A stretch of DNA of 64,000 bases from Lama glama. Taxonomy: Eukaryota. The notes beneath the pieces are model-generated. The model saw nothing but the letters and a program-made list of their open reading frames with translations. It did not search any database and was not told the origin of the DNA. Numbering within the stretch: the first letter of the stretch is position 1; each line of letters starts with the position of its first letter. The position numbers and the translations under genes are program-made. The DNA is taken from positions 19,346,001 through 19,410,000 of the forward strand of contig CM052818.1 in assembly GCA_028534125.1 (NCBI GenBank), written 5' to 3'. This document shows positions 1 to 12,339 of this stretch, one piece after another.

Positions 1-687
1 TCCACTTGCTTAAGGGCCCATTTTTCTTTCCTATGCAGTGTCTTTCTCCCTCTTCCATTCACTTCTTAAGGTGTGATGAAATAAAATTCATATTTTATGG
101 CAAGATGAGAAAAATTTAAACATAATTTTTTTCTTTGCCTATTTGGGCCTCCTGCCTCCCCTTTAGTGTGTGTTGTGCATCTGCATTAACCAGATCTCCT
201 TAGGAGATAACATTCCTTCTTATCTCATCAAGGGTCACAATTACGTAGGAGATAATCTTCTTAATCTTGTAAGGGGCCTAGATGACCTGTGACCCACTGC
301 TCTTGTATGTGTAGATCTGGATTGTGTACACTGTTAATAATACCTCATTTAACGTACAGCTCTGCTGTCTCAAAAAAACATGTAACTATGCTTTGATCTC
401 TAATGGGTGGAACAGTTCTCCAGGCTTTCTGAGGGGCTGTTTCTGGATTATAATCCTCAGTTTGGCTAGAAGAAAATTTTCCATTTCTTTCTTAGATCGA
501 CTGATTAATTTGGTAGATAAGCCCCCAATTTGGACTGCTTCTTTGAATCACACTTCTTTGTGAAATCCCATACAAATGTGTTTATAATTCATCTTTTCTC
601 CTGCTAATCTGCTTTTTCTCAGTTTAATTTGCTGGCTTTCACATTTAGAACCTAAGAAGGAAGAGAGGGAGTTTTTCCTCCCTAACA
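1..687 (+). mobile_element. ERV LTR 3' part (outer element), interrupted by a second LTR at about 72-519
   Basis: Ends in a typical LTR terminus ...gaacctaagaaggaagagagggagtttttcctccctaaca (CA at 686-687). Bases 1-71 and 520-687 read as one LTR-like sequence. Family not determined. Confidence 0.55.
72..519 (+). mobile_element. Solo ERV LTR (cetartiodactyl type) nested in another LTR
   Basis: Starts with TG (tgtgatgaaataaa) and has an internal repeated taggagataa unit. The 3' part cctcagtttggctagaagaaaattttccatttctttcttagatcgactgatt resembles LTR ends I recall from artiodactyls. Confidence 0.6.
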
Positions 688-1457
688 AACATGATCATGG
701 GACCACCATACTATTCATAACTAAAAAACAAAACACAAAATTAATGTAAGAAAGTTTAAGTGCTTTCCCCTTCCCCTCCTACCACCAAATATTACATTTC
801 TTCAAAAGAACTGTCTCTGGTGTCTCTGCTTTAGCAGTGCCTAAACACATCTGCATATTGTGTGATCCAGTATCGTTAGTCCTAATTTTACAGACCAGGA
901 AGTAAAGGCTGGAGTTGAGGGCAGATTCAACAGGTAAGGAGTGGAGTCAGAACAAAGTGAAGCCTGTTGAAAGAGTCGAAGCCTTCTACTGCATGTCATT
1001 AGCCAATCCTTTAGACTATTCACTATTTTTCCTTGTGGTCAAGGGCACTGAGATAAACATCTTGGGGCATGAAGCTTTGGGTACATGTAGCTCTGAATCC
1101 TTCCATAGAATAGCCTCTAAGAGGTAGAATTTTGAACTCAGAGCCTACAAACACTTAAGCATCTGACTATGTTATTTATTAAATTATCTGGTAATAGTTT
1201 CTCATTTCTTAGGAACCAGAAAATCCAGCACTCAAAGTTGCTGCTTCTGCTTTCCAGAAAGGAAGTTTTGTTCAGGGAAAATAAAACAAAACTTGGAAAT
1301 AAAACAGATGTTTGTGTGACCTTTAATATCATATGAGAACATACCCTAACAGGCCCAGCTGAGGGTCAGCTGAGTCTCTGAAAGAATATAACTTTATGTG
1401 ATGAACAATTGATTATTATTGTTATTTCAGCAATTTAACAGTTTCGGGAGGTCTTAC

Positions 1458-1909
1458 TGTTACCAACCAGAATCCTTGGACTCTAATCAATAGAAATTGA
1501 TAAAAGGCCAGACGAAGCATTCAGGCAAGGCTTTACTGGGACTCGTACAGCAGCACGGGGGAGCAAGAACAAGAGACAGGTGCTCTTGTTCGCTTTCTGA
1601 GGAGAGTGGGCTGATTCTTTAAATAAGTTGAGTGTTGGGCTGGAGGGGTGCCTTAGGTGCTCTGCTCAGCCCCTTGGTGGTGCTGTGTGCAGGATCATAT
1701 GCAGTACCCTGCTTTTGCTCCCAGCACCTCTGAAGTAGCATTTGATCTGTGCCCTTTTTGCATCTTGTTGTTCATAACTGCCCCAACTGCAGCATGCATG
1801 TTGTTATTTTTAATCCCCTATAGTTTCTTTGTTTTCTGTTGCTCGAGATGTTTGTCCAGGTGTAAGTGCAAGTACACTGATAAAGGGTCCCAGGTCCCTG
1901 CCTGTCTCA
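1458..1909 (-). mobile_element. Solo ERV LTR (~450 bp)
   Basis: TG...CA ends. Minus strand begins tgagacaggcagggacctgggaccc, with a TATA-like tatttaaag and an AGTAAA poly(A)-like signal in the expected order. Confidence 0.7.
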
Positions 1910-2879
1910 CTGCTGCTCCCCCAAGGGCTCCCTAAAGTAGACAGCAGCCCCTAGACCAAGATCCAACAGAAAATATAATTTTGAGATCCTTTGATCCTCC
2001 CCAGCCTACCTGTTTCAGGATTACTTCAACCAACCAGTGAATTTATGCAAGGATATGGCAAATTTGGGTCATTTTCACTGCTCTTATGCATCAAAGTCTG
2101 ATGATTACACCTACCTATCTGTTAAGATGTCTTTGTCTTTCAAAAATTAGAAACAGAAAATGCAATTCTTCAAGTCATGTCTATCTGCCTATTGGGAACT
2201 GGTAGGACCTGGCTATTGGCTTTCAGAGGAGAATTTGAAAGGTGTGGTCTGGGTCCCAGAAGTGCTGACCAGAGGAAAGACCTGGTAGATGATGTTGGAG
2301 GTTAAATGCTTGTTTTCCAGATTAAAGGCTGGAAGCCTGGGTAAAGGTCTGTGGTACCATGGTTTGTGCTAGGAGGTCTGAGAAAGCTTCCAAAGGTGAA
2401 GTAGAGACCTGGGCTTGCAGGCTTTTGTTCATGCGTCTTTGTTTAAAGAGTTCTATGGGATGGAACCATGAAAGATCCCCAGAGTGGGTGGGGAGAAAGT
2501 AGTGGCTTACAGTTTCTATCTGTCCAGCTCTGTGGTCTCACAGTTGTTTACCTGCAGAAGTTTATTTTTGTTTGTTTTTTTCTGGAGGCACGTGTGTCAG
2601 TGTTGGCCTTTGCATCTGACCCATGGCTGAAGTTACAGTACTGATGTTTGTGGTGCTTATTTGTGCATCAGTAACATTGCCCCTCCCCAGAGGAAAAAGA
2701 ATTAACCATTTATGACCAACTGTAATTGAAGCCCTGCGTATCGGTGATTGGCTTTGTTGGGGGAAGCTAGATTAACACATCCTAGGACTCTATCATTTGT
2801 ACTCATTATAGGGAGCTCAAAAGAATGAAAAGAAAGGCAAATAGTATTAAGCTAACAAATCAGCACTCTATTCTAAAAA

Positions 2880-3430
2880 TGTACCAAGGATTTGTTTCAA
2901 TCAAGTATAGTAAGACATGAAAACACAGAAATGATTGTCATGGCTAGAAGTTTATACTCACAAAACCCTAGAAACGGGAGTCAGGGCATGCTGTGCAGGG
3001 CGACATGGGGAAGCACCAGGGTCAGTCAGGAGACAGGAGGAAGGAGCATGACCTCCTTTATTGGTGTTTTCATGGGAAGGAATGGGCAAAGCAGGGTAGG
3101 TATGTCAAGTCAGTTTAAGATTAGTTAGTTTAAATGATTTTGGTGGGCTCTGGGCTGTAGAGGTAGTCCCTAGTTGTCTGGCATCTAACCCTGAGGTGAC
3201 TTAGTGCCAGGGGAATATTGACTTGGTGTGTGATAGTTTAATAAAAGAGATGGTTGAGGGTGTGGGCACTGGATATGTTGGTATATATATATCAAAGGTG
3301 TATTTGCAGAGGGTGTTTGCCTTCTAGGAATTAGCTAGTCCTGGGAGGGGCAGTCTGTTCAGGATCAAGGTCTCAAATGTAAAAGCATTTTGAATATGAA
3401 TACAGAAAATTAGAAAATATAGTCAATATG
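2880..3430 (-). mobile_element. MER74-like ERVL LTR
   Basis: Minus strand ...ttttctgtattc...gaccttgatcctgaacagactgcccctcccaggactagctaattcctagaagg matches my recall of the MER74 5' end. Confidence 0.7.
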
Positions 3431-3479
3431 TTGTCATTTAAAAAACACTAAGGAAACTTCTGTGAAGTATTTTAAACAT

Positions 3480-4450
3480 TTGATAAATGAATGCAGAATT
3501 ATATCTGGATCCATATTCACCAATACTCCTATAGAGATGAATCCTTGAACAGATAAGACTGATTTGATAATTTTGGTTTAAAAACAGTTGTACACTTTAC
3601 CCTGATTTTATCACGGTGTGGAGTGTAATATAAATGTACATCTCATTTTAGGTAAGATTTTGGGGGTTTTTTTTGTTTTGTTTTTTTTTGGAAAACCTAA
3701 TTAATTTGGACTTTCTGATTTTTTGATACTGGTTATATGGGTTAGACAAATTATTATTTCAACAAAATATATCAGGTTATGAGAATGTAAATATGTGCAT
3801 TCAACTAAATTGAATGATGACAACAAATGTGTTAGTGAAAAAGAAAAGAAATGGATTGGTTCTTGTGAATTTCAGATAATGCTTCAAATCTTTTGGATTT
3901 CATTACTTCACTTTCAATATCCGTAGAAAATTTCTGTCATCTCTCTGGCATACTTTTAATATTAACAATGATTGTGTTATTTTGTAATTGCAACTTAAAC
4001 ATAATTTATAAGATCCTCAAACAACCTTAAGACTTTAGACTAATATTATAATTAATTAGTGAGAAGTGTTTGGCTACTTGGAATATTATTAAGAAAATTA
4101 AAATTCACAGAGAGAGAGAAAAGTACTGAGTCTCCAAGCCTAGGTTTTACCTTAAAAAAAAAAAAAAACAATGAAGTGGTAAAGTCGATACAATATATAT
4201 TATACTTTGTCTTGTAATGTAAGGTTAAGTATATCTTAAAACTAAGATTGTGATCTAACTTGATAATTGTATGTTTAAATATATAAATATTAAAATGAGT
4301 ACACAATATAAATTATATGTGATGAAGAGAAAATGCATGGTTCAAAATTGATCTTGCAGTTTTTAGTGTAATTTTCACTAAAAGCAGTAAAAAAAATTAC
4401 TTTCTGTGTAATCTGCCCAGGTAGCAGAGGTGCCTTATGCCAGCTGAGTA
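3480..4450 (-). mobile_element. Possible ancient hAT (Tip100/Zaphod-like) transposon remnant
   Basis: Very AT-rich. Minus-strand translation near 3550-3600 gives KIIKSVL, similar to the hAT C-terminal dimerisation motif SFSKLKLIKSxLRST. Heavily decayed. Confidence 0.3.
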
Positions 4451-5807
4451 TTTTCCCTTGAGAGCTTAATTTATAGTGCTTTGAAACAAACATTGAAAGT
4501 TTCTCACTTCTGAAAGAGCTATATCACCTAATCATGATAATGATGTTACCTTCTGCTGTGTTTATTTAAAATATTGCACTGTTACTCTTGTTTGCCAGTT
4601 AGCCAAGCTCCAAGTATTCCTTATTATCAAGCAGCAATGCTTCTGTTGGAAAGCAGTGCTCAATCTCCACTGATGATTCTTTTTGATGTTTCCTTGCCCT
4701 GAAATTCAGAAGAAAGTTGGCAAAACCTTGTTTACATGCAAATCTCATTTGGCACTTCCTAGATGCTGTTTGGTAGCCCCCCAAAATCTACTCCTCTGCC
4801 TTATAAAAGAAAATTGCTAGAAATACTTAGGTATTGGTAATACTTAGGTTTGGTAATCTCCATGCTTTTACCACTCAACTGATAGTGAGAGCTGCTGTGT
4901 TTATCAAGCTCACAATAAGGGGAGGAACTATCAATAAAAAAGAAAAGCTCAACTCCCCTGAGTCAGTTCTGAACAGGTAAAGGGTCACCTCAGTGGCTGT
5001 TCGCCTTTTAGGATGGATAGACACATACTCATGTTCAGGTATGTAGACTGACATAATAACCCCCAACAAATTGATTTTTAAGATTTTTTCCTATATTTAA
5101 AATACTCTTGCCAACCAGTATCAATTGCAACACACACTTTATTGGATGGATTTGAAGGACCCTGAGATTTGTCAATGTGCTAAAAGACCAGAATACATTT
5201 TCACTCCAGAATTGCTATGAAATGATCATGTATTACACCCAATAGAAGATTCTACTCTTCTGCATTCTGACCTTATAGGTTACTGTAGTCAACTAACCAG
5301 TCAGTGAGTTTTATCATAAGTGGTTTCTGCTTACTGATCTGTTTATCCTTTCACTTTGTCTAAGTGACTGAACTTGCTACAAGCTCTAGGTCAGAAATTA
5401 AGTCTTTTGAAAGAAACATGAAAAGAATAAGTAAGGACTCTACCAGGTACTCAACTAAAGACACTACAAGGAACAGACTGATGGGTACAGCCTTCCCAGT
5501 ATGGCTTCCGGGATTCTGAACTATTATCCAGACAAGAATGTCTATGCAGAGGCTGCAGTGGGCTGCACGCTGTCCACCCAGCATTCATTCAATCATTCCT
5601 TCTTGAGATTTCTTCCTACAAAACTGAATTTATCTATTGAATGAAAGTCTTCCTAACTCTGGCTCCCAGGGCATGGTTGCAACCCTCTCCTGTGGCTTGT
5701 GGTCTTGCCTGCACTGACTCCAGGCCATCCCCTGGCCAAAATAGGATGGTTCTTCACTAGTGGTCACCCCCAATCAACAGGATCAGTCTCGGCTCGTCTG
5801 GGTCCAC

Positions 5808-6367
5808 TGAATCAGTCAAGAGGTCATCAGGAGGTGGAAATCACCCCATTTATTTTAACAGAGTTCAAAATAAATCATTGTTGACGAGTTGTAAAAAAGG
5901 TAACTGACAAGGCAAAATGAGAATACTAACCAGTCATAGATGTAGGAACTGTGGGAAGCTCCTGCCAGCCCTGGGCTGAGGAAACAAAGAGGTTGGAATG
6001 ACTAAAACTTAGACCATGGATGAGGGGTTCTGTGGAGCTGGAGCTTAGCCTCCAACGAGGGACTACTGTCTGAACCCTGCTGATGCCGCCGAGGGAAGTG
6101 CACTGAAGGTGATTCTGCTGCTTCCTGGAAGGAACGCCAGGTGAGGATGTGTTGCTGGGGTGATGCTGTCAGGAACAGGTAGCAAACAGGAAGGAGCAAA
6201 TCCCATGTCCGGCTCCAGCCCTTCAGGCTCCTGCGCTTACCTGATTACCTGGTGGAGCCTGTCAGGGAGCAGCTGGCAAAGAAGAAAAGTGCTTGTATGC
6301 AGCCCAGCCAGTGTCACAGGCAGAGGAGAAAGGGTGGGTTGGCAGCTAAGAGGTAATAACTGGCACA
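5808..6367 (-). mobile_element. LTR41-like ERVL LTR
   Basis: Minus strand starts tgtgccagttattacctcttagctgcc and contains ttgctccttcctgtttgctacctgttcctgacagcatcacccc, matching the recalled LTR41 consensus. Confidence 0.75.
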
Positions 6368-6622
6368 CCAGATTTTTCTAGTTTCTTTTTAATTTCCTAG
6401 TAAATAAACCAGAGTTGTGATTTCTTTACACTTCTCTTATCAGGAGTTATCTTCCCTTTCAAGACTTCGGACTTTGGTCTCACTGTCATAATATTCACTT
6501 CTTTTCTGTGTGCAAAGCAATGTTCCTGTCTATATTATAGAAGCTGGGGCTTTTTGGTTGTCTTTTACTGTGATATTTCATAGTCTACCTGTCCAGGCCA
6601 TAAGATCTTTAAAAGAAAGTGA

Positions 6623-6999
6623 TACGTCATATGATGTCGCTTATATGTGAAATCTAAAAATGTATATATAAATTGTATTTACAAACCAGAAATTGACTCA
6701 CAGACATAGAAAACAAACTGTGGTTACCAGGGGGTAAGAGAGGGAATGAGATAGATTAGCAGTTTGGGATCAATAGATAACATTTTTCTATATATAAAAT
6801 AGATAAACAAGGACCTACTGTATAGCACAGGGAACTATATTCAATTTCTTGTAATGAGCTTCAATGGAAAAGAATCTGAAAAAAACATGTATATGTATAA
6901 CTGAATCACTTTGTCGTACACCTGAAACTAACATTGTAAATCCTCTACACATCAGTAAAAAAATAAGAATTATTTTTAGAAAAAGACTCTGGAAAAAAA
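6623..6999 (+). mobile_element. 5'-truncated L1 3' end (artiodactyl type)
   Basis: Canonical L1 3'UTR (acagacatagaaaacaaact...gacctactgtatagcacagggaactatattc) and A-tail. TSD aaagaaagtga / aaggaaagtga at about 6612-6622 and 7000-7010. Confidence 0.9.
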
Positions 7000-7609
7000 A
7001 AGGAAAGTGAAAAAAATGCTATCCCCAACAGTGCCTGGTGCGGGGCCAGGACCACAGGAGGGCTGGATACTTACAGAATGACTGGCTGACTGAATGAATA
7101 ATGTGGTTTCTTAAAAGAACTCTTTCCAGGTCATCAGCTTCGCTCACACACAGCTCTGCCTCCTCTCCACGTGTGGCCAGTCAAGAATGGTCATCTACTT
7201 CATCTCCAGGCTGGGCCAGGGTAGTCATTTGCTTTAAATGGCTGGGTTAGAAGCATCTGCCATCAATAAGCTTGGAAACAGGAGCTGGTGAAGGGCTTTC
7301 TTTGCAGGACCCAGGGCTGTGGGGGGGATTCTAACAAGCTCGCTGGGGTAGACTTGCAGTAATACCTACATTCCCCAAACACCAAGAAAAACGCCTTAGG
7401 GGGAAATTTCATGACATGGGACTTCCTGTGATCAATGCAGAGCTATGTGCCTGATTTCATGCTTACAGAACATGGTATCTACTGCTTCACTGCAACGAGA
7501 GAGTCACCACTTCCTGGGGGAGTTCTAAGGCAAGGAGAGGAGGGACAGGAAATAGCATTTATAGTAATTTTGAACTTGATGTAGATCAGGCTCTTTAAAA
7601 AACTGCTCA

Positions 7610-7910
7610 TTGGAAACAACCGGTGTGTCCATCAACTGATGAATGGATACACTCAACAGAGTATATCTATATAATGGCAATCTTGTTCAACAATAAAAAG
7701 AAATGAAGTACTGATTCTGCTCCAACATGAATGGACCTTGAAAACGTGTTACGTGAAAGGAGCCAGTCACAAAACATCACACTTTGCATGATTCCCTTTA
7801 TAAGAAATGTCCAGAATAGGCAAATCTAGAAAGACAGAAGGGAAATTAGCAGTTGCCATGGGCTGAGGGGAGGGAGGAATGGGAAGTGACTGCTGCAGGT
7901 GTGGGTATTT
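7610..7910 (+). mobile_element. L1MB-type 3' region, left part
   Basis: tggaaacaacc...gtccatcaactgatgaatggata...gaaatgtccagaataggcaaatct...gtgactgct is L1MB ORF2 end plus 3'UTR. It continues at 8953. Confidence 0.85.
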
Positions 7911-8782
7911 AGTTTTACTTACAGGAATTTTTTTATTGTTATCATTGCAATCAGGAAAGTATGCAAGTGTGATGTTGTCATTTCAGTTACCAGGGTTTTA
8001 GCCATAATAGTACTTTGAATACCTTCTCCCATCAGAGCTGCTGATTAACTGTAAATGGGACTAATTTCTTCTGTCTCCTCTCTCTTAGCCTGCAGTCTCT
8101 GATAGATACGTTCACAGCAGTTTGTTGTTAGCAATACGGTCCAGAATAGATAGCAGTAGAAAGAACTGAGGAGTCTGGATGAACCACCAGCAATAAAATC
8201 AGCCCTGAACCCTGGAGAATTGTCTGAAACATAAAAATCTATCACTGCAATGAATGTCCAATGATTTCAAATAAAATCAAGAATGGACTTGATTTTCAGT
8301 GCAAGAGCCCCATATTAAAAACACTATTAAAATGTATTTTAACATTAGCAAGCGTGCCATCCCTGAAATATATGTGACAGCTCAATAAAAATTCCAGAAA
8401 ATGCAGCACTTAAGGAGACGATGAGATGCATGAAGTTGAAAATTAAATTCATTGGAAGTAGGCTACGAAATAGTGTTCTTGTTTTCATGGTGCTAATACA
8501 CCTTTCAGTGACACCATGCACATTTAGCTGGAGGCAATGTTGTTAAATACAAACAACAAATAATTCATGGTGACTGGTAAGCGTTTATATATACATTGAT
8601 ACAAATCAGTTCATGTCCAAAAGAGCATGTAAGCATAACATAATTGTGAATGTGTTCTTTCAACAGTTGGATGTCACGTCAGTAATGCCATTTGATGTCT
8701 TCTACCTCTTCTTTGGGTTTCGTCCAATATTTAGGGCATATTTAATAGGATGTTAAAGGTAAGATAACTATATTTAATTGTC

Positions 8783-8952
8783 TTTTTTTTAAATTGAAGT
8801 ATAGTTGACGAACAATATTGTATGTTACAGGGCTCCCATAGAGTGATTCACAATTTTAAAGAGTTAAACTCCATTTATAGTTACAAAATATTGGCTGTAT
8901 TCTCCATGTTGTACAATATGTCTTTGCAGTTTATTTTATACCTAATAGTTTG
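8783..8952 (-). mobile_element. 5'-truncated L1/HAL1-type 3' end (artiodactyl)
   Basis: T-tract at 8783-8790, then aaattgaagtatagttga...aaatattggctgtattc...tacctaatagtttg. Confidence 0.85.
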
Positions 8953-9090
8953 AGGTACAGGGTTTTTTTGGAATGTGATGAAAATGTGGATGGCAGTGAT
9001 GGTTGAGCAACCTTGTATTAAAAACCACAGAATTGAATACTTTAAATGGTGAACTTTACGGTACGTGAATTATATCTCAGTTTTTAAAAA
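8953..9090 (+). mobile_element. L1MB-type 3'UTR, right part
   Basis: ggtacagggtttttttggaatgtgatgaaaatg...gtgatggttg...tactttaaatggtgaacttt...ttatatctcag continues the L1MB consensus that breaks off at about 7900. Confidence 0.85.
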
Positions 9091-10018
9091 GGAGAGAAGT
9101 AATACTGTGAAAAATTCAAAACCATGCACTGGCACCATGAGTTCCCTGCTGCAGTTTTCTAAATGACTGAATGCTACCATGGCTTTCAACATTCAGCATT
9201 TTGTATAACATGGCAGTGGCAACTGATTTAAAAAGTTGATGGCAAATGCGGGTTTTACAAGGTGCCTCCCATAGAAGTTTACAGGCTGAGTTTACTTCAG
9301 ACTCAGATTGGAAGGTCTGGCCAGAGGACTTCAGAAGCTGTGACAGTGTGTGCGGTGTGCCCTAGCGATTGTGATATTTCTTCCCAGTAGAGGTGATTGT
9401 CTATTTAGATGTAAGTTATTGAAAGAGAAGGACCATATTTCCTCCATCTCTTGTGCCCCCACATCTATCTATGTTCCATATGTAGAACATGGACACAGAC
9501 TTCTTCCCCTTTTCTTGAATTGTATCAGGGAAAAAAACAACAACAAGAACACAGCTCCATAAAATCCAACACTGAGTTTGATCCACTTACTTAAATAGAT
9601 GGAAGCAAATGGTATCACCCTCTCCCTTCAAAAGAGCAGTGCGCAGGAATTCACATCAAACATAGTTAAGGACATGCACGAGGAACTTCCTGCTTGTATA
9701 TTCTCTGCACGAAAGTACAGAGCACTTAACTTTCTCCTCCTCATCTTTTCTACATTTTGCTGCCTTTCTCTGTGTGAGATCCTCTTACCTCAGGATGCTC
9801 TAATTTGCAAGGGAAAGAAAAAATTCAACTCAAATTTCCAGAAGCTTCAGTTAGAAAGGCGCCAAGGAGGTGGAGAGTGCAGTGTGCCAAGCAGGGGTTA
9901 TGTGCCCATCACTAGGCTATGGGGGCCTGGGCGTCCCACCAGAGCGAGCGTCATTTGGCAGAGTTCTAAACGGTTCTCTGTACTCTGTCCCTTTTTGCTT
10001 TGTTGTATAATATTATTA

Positions 10019-10100
10019 TTTTTTATTAAAAATTTTTTTATTGAAGTATAGTTGATTTGCAATGTTAATTTCAGGTGTACAGCAAAGCAGTTCAGTTTGA
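10019..10100 (-). mobile_element. Very short L1 3' end
   Basis: ttttttattgaagtatagttgatttgcaatgtt... flanked by a perfect 15-bp TSD tgtataatattatta (10004-10018, 10101-10115). Confidence 0.9.
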
Positions 10101-10117
10101 TGTATAATATTATTAAT

Positions 10118-10667
10118 TGCATTAGTTATCTAATGTGGCATAACAAATTACCCCCAAACTTATGGGTTTAGAACAGTAAACATTTATTATCTCAAATATA
10201 TTCTGTTGGCCAGGAATTCAGGAGTGGCTTCGCTCGGTGGTTCTGGCTCTGGGTCTCTTCTGAGGTTGCAGGATCAAGACATCAGACAGGGCTAAAGTCC
10301 TCTAAGGCATGATGGGGATGGGAGGATGGAAAGTTCATGCTAGCTCTTAGCAGAAAGTCTCAAGCCATCATCATGTGGACGTCTCCATGGGGCTGCTCAC
10401 AACATGGCAGCTGGCTTCTGCTGGAGCAAGTGCTCCAAGAGGACAGGGTACAGAGAGCCATGTGGAACTCTGCCAAGTTATCCTAGTAGTTATTCTAGGG
10501 GGAAGCTGCAATGTCTTTTAGGGCAGGGGCTCTGAGGTTACATCCCAACATTTCCACAATATTCTGTTGATCACGCAAGGAAGCCCACAGTGTGAAGGGA
10601 CTACACAGGGGCATGAACCTCAGGAGCGGAACCATCATATGGCCATCTTGGAGGCTGGCGGCTACGA
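10118..10667 (-). mobile_element. MaLR LTR (MLT1F/G-like)
   Basis: cataacaaattacccccaaactta...caggaattcaggagtggct...aacatggcagctggcttc...ggccatcttggaggctggc are typical MLT1 motifs. Confidence 0.85.
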
Positions 10668-11441
10668 AAGCCATAAAATAAAGGACATTTTCAATGGAAT
10701 CAAATGGGAATTTCCCTCTCTGACCCCCAGTGCAAACCCTAAATCCCGGTTGTGACACTTTGGAAGAGCAGACTGCACCTGTTTGCAGCAGATCCAGAGG
10801 AGTGAGCAGGGATTAGACAGAGGAAGGAAAATCCACCAAGGATAGCATAGGAAGGGTCTAGACTCACCCATCAGAAAAGAAGGAAAGGACTTGATTGGAG
10901 TCTATAAGAGGTCTGGAAGAGAGTCCATCTCACTCAATAACAGGAGAATAGAGAAGGCTCCCCTTTTTGAAGCCAGAAAGTTGTAGGAACATTCAAAGCT
11001 GCCCTCCAATGAATCCCAGTACCCTGGGTGATCCGGTTTGACAGCGCAGTCAACACTTTCTGAGGCGAGGTCACAGTTCAGCCTGGTTCCTCCAAACTGC
11101 TCCTTGGCAGTCTCCCTAGGTTTGAAACCCTGCCCTAGAGGTGCCACGTGCACAGTTTCTCAAGTGAGACCTGGTCCTATTTATACTGGGGTCCCAGGTG
11201 GCCTCGTTAGAATAAAGCAAATGAAGGGATCTGGGCAGCTCACCCTGCAGCTGTTTTCCTTGTCCGTTGTTTTGGTTGGTGAGTTTAGTCCTGAGGTTTC
11301 CTGGGTGGGGTTGTCGTGCTAGATCAAACCATGTCTAAAGATCTGATTCATATTTGGGGTGGTGGCTGGATCCCCCTCTTCCACATAGTTGTGGCTTTGA
11401 GAGACTGGAGTTGTCACAGGAAGGCGTGTGTATTTATGCTC

Positions 11442-11490
11442 GTGTGTGTGATTGTGTGTGTGTGTGTGTGTGTGTATGTTCATGTGTGTA
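11442..11490. repeat. Imperfect (TG)n microsatellite
   Basis: Direct reading. Confidence 0.9.
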
Positions 11491-11693
11491 TCTTGGGCCC
11501 TTGAATCTCTCATTGTTGTTTACTGTCTGGATACTGTAGAGAAATTACTGCCAACTGAACTACACCATGGTTGAGCGGTTATGTTTATATTTAGTATAAA
11601 TATAGCTGATCTAAATGACTTGTGTTGTGAGTAGGAACACAAAGTTCAGGAAGAAAATATGGGGAAAATGGAAAAATCCTCTTTTTCCCGAAG

Positions 11694-11790
11694 TTCAGGA
11701 GTGGCTTCGCTGGGTGGTTCTGGCTTCTGAGGTTACAGGATCAAGATGTCAGACAGGGCTAACGTCCTCTAAGGCATGATGGGGACGGGA
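11694..11790 (+). repeat. Local direct duplicate of 10217-10323 (MLT1 fragment)
   Basis: 97 aligned bases with 6 mismatches and one 10-bp indel, by manual alignment. Confidence 0.92.
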
Positions 11791-11984
11791 CTGGCCTACG
11801 ATTCCAAGTTTGGTTTTGTGCAATATGCCCACACATGCCTCCTTTGTCCCTGGGACCAGGATTGAGGTGTCTGTGCCTCAGAAGCCTCCCGGCAGATTTG
11901 GGGTGAATCGCTTTATGCTTTACTTTAGGATGACTGTCTCTGGTCCTGAATTGGGGAACTGAAGATTCAGCCCTGGGCTGGTCC

Positions 11985-12165
11985 TAAGAAAGTCCTGGGT
12001 TTGCATCTTGCTTTTGTCTCCATCCAGTGCTGCAGACTTGAACAGGCCTCTTAGCTTCTCTGAGCTTCAGTTTTGGCATCTAAATGAGAAGTGGTAAGAC
12101 CGGTCTGGCCCAACTCACAGGCTTGCGGGGAGGATGAACTAGGATAATGAAGGTGAATGTGAGAT
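11985..12165 (+). mobile_element. MIR SINE
   Basis: Core cttctctgagcttcagttttggcatctaaatgag...gaggatgaactaggataatg. Confidence 0.7.
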
Positions 12166-12339
12166 ATTTGTGTGTGGTATTATTATTTTTGATCAAGCTC
12201 AGGTGAATAAGTACATGTCAAGCCACCACGGGTGTAGCCTCCTGCTTTCTGCCACTGGGCATTGCTTATCAGATGAGGACAGTGCTTGTCAGTGTCCTCC
12301 ACCTGCTGTAATAATGGCTCCAGATCACAGGGCAACTGG

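Noticed and set aside
8023..8223. 201-bp minus-strand exon-like segment (tttcag ... aag|gtattc) inside the putative transduction
   Set aside because: All three frames contain a stop, so it is not supportable as a coding exon.
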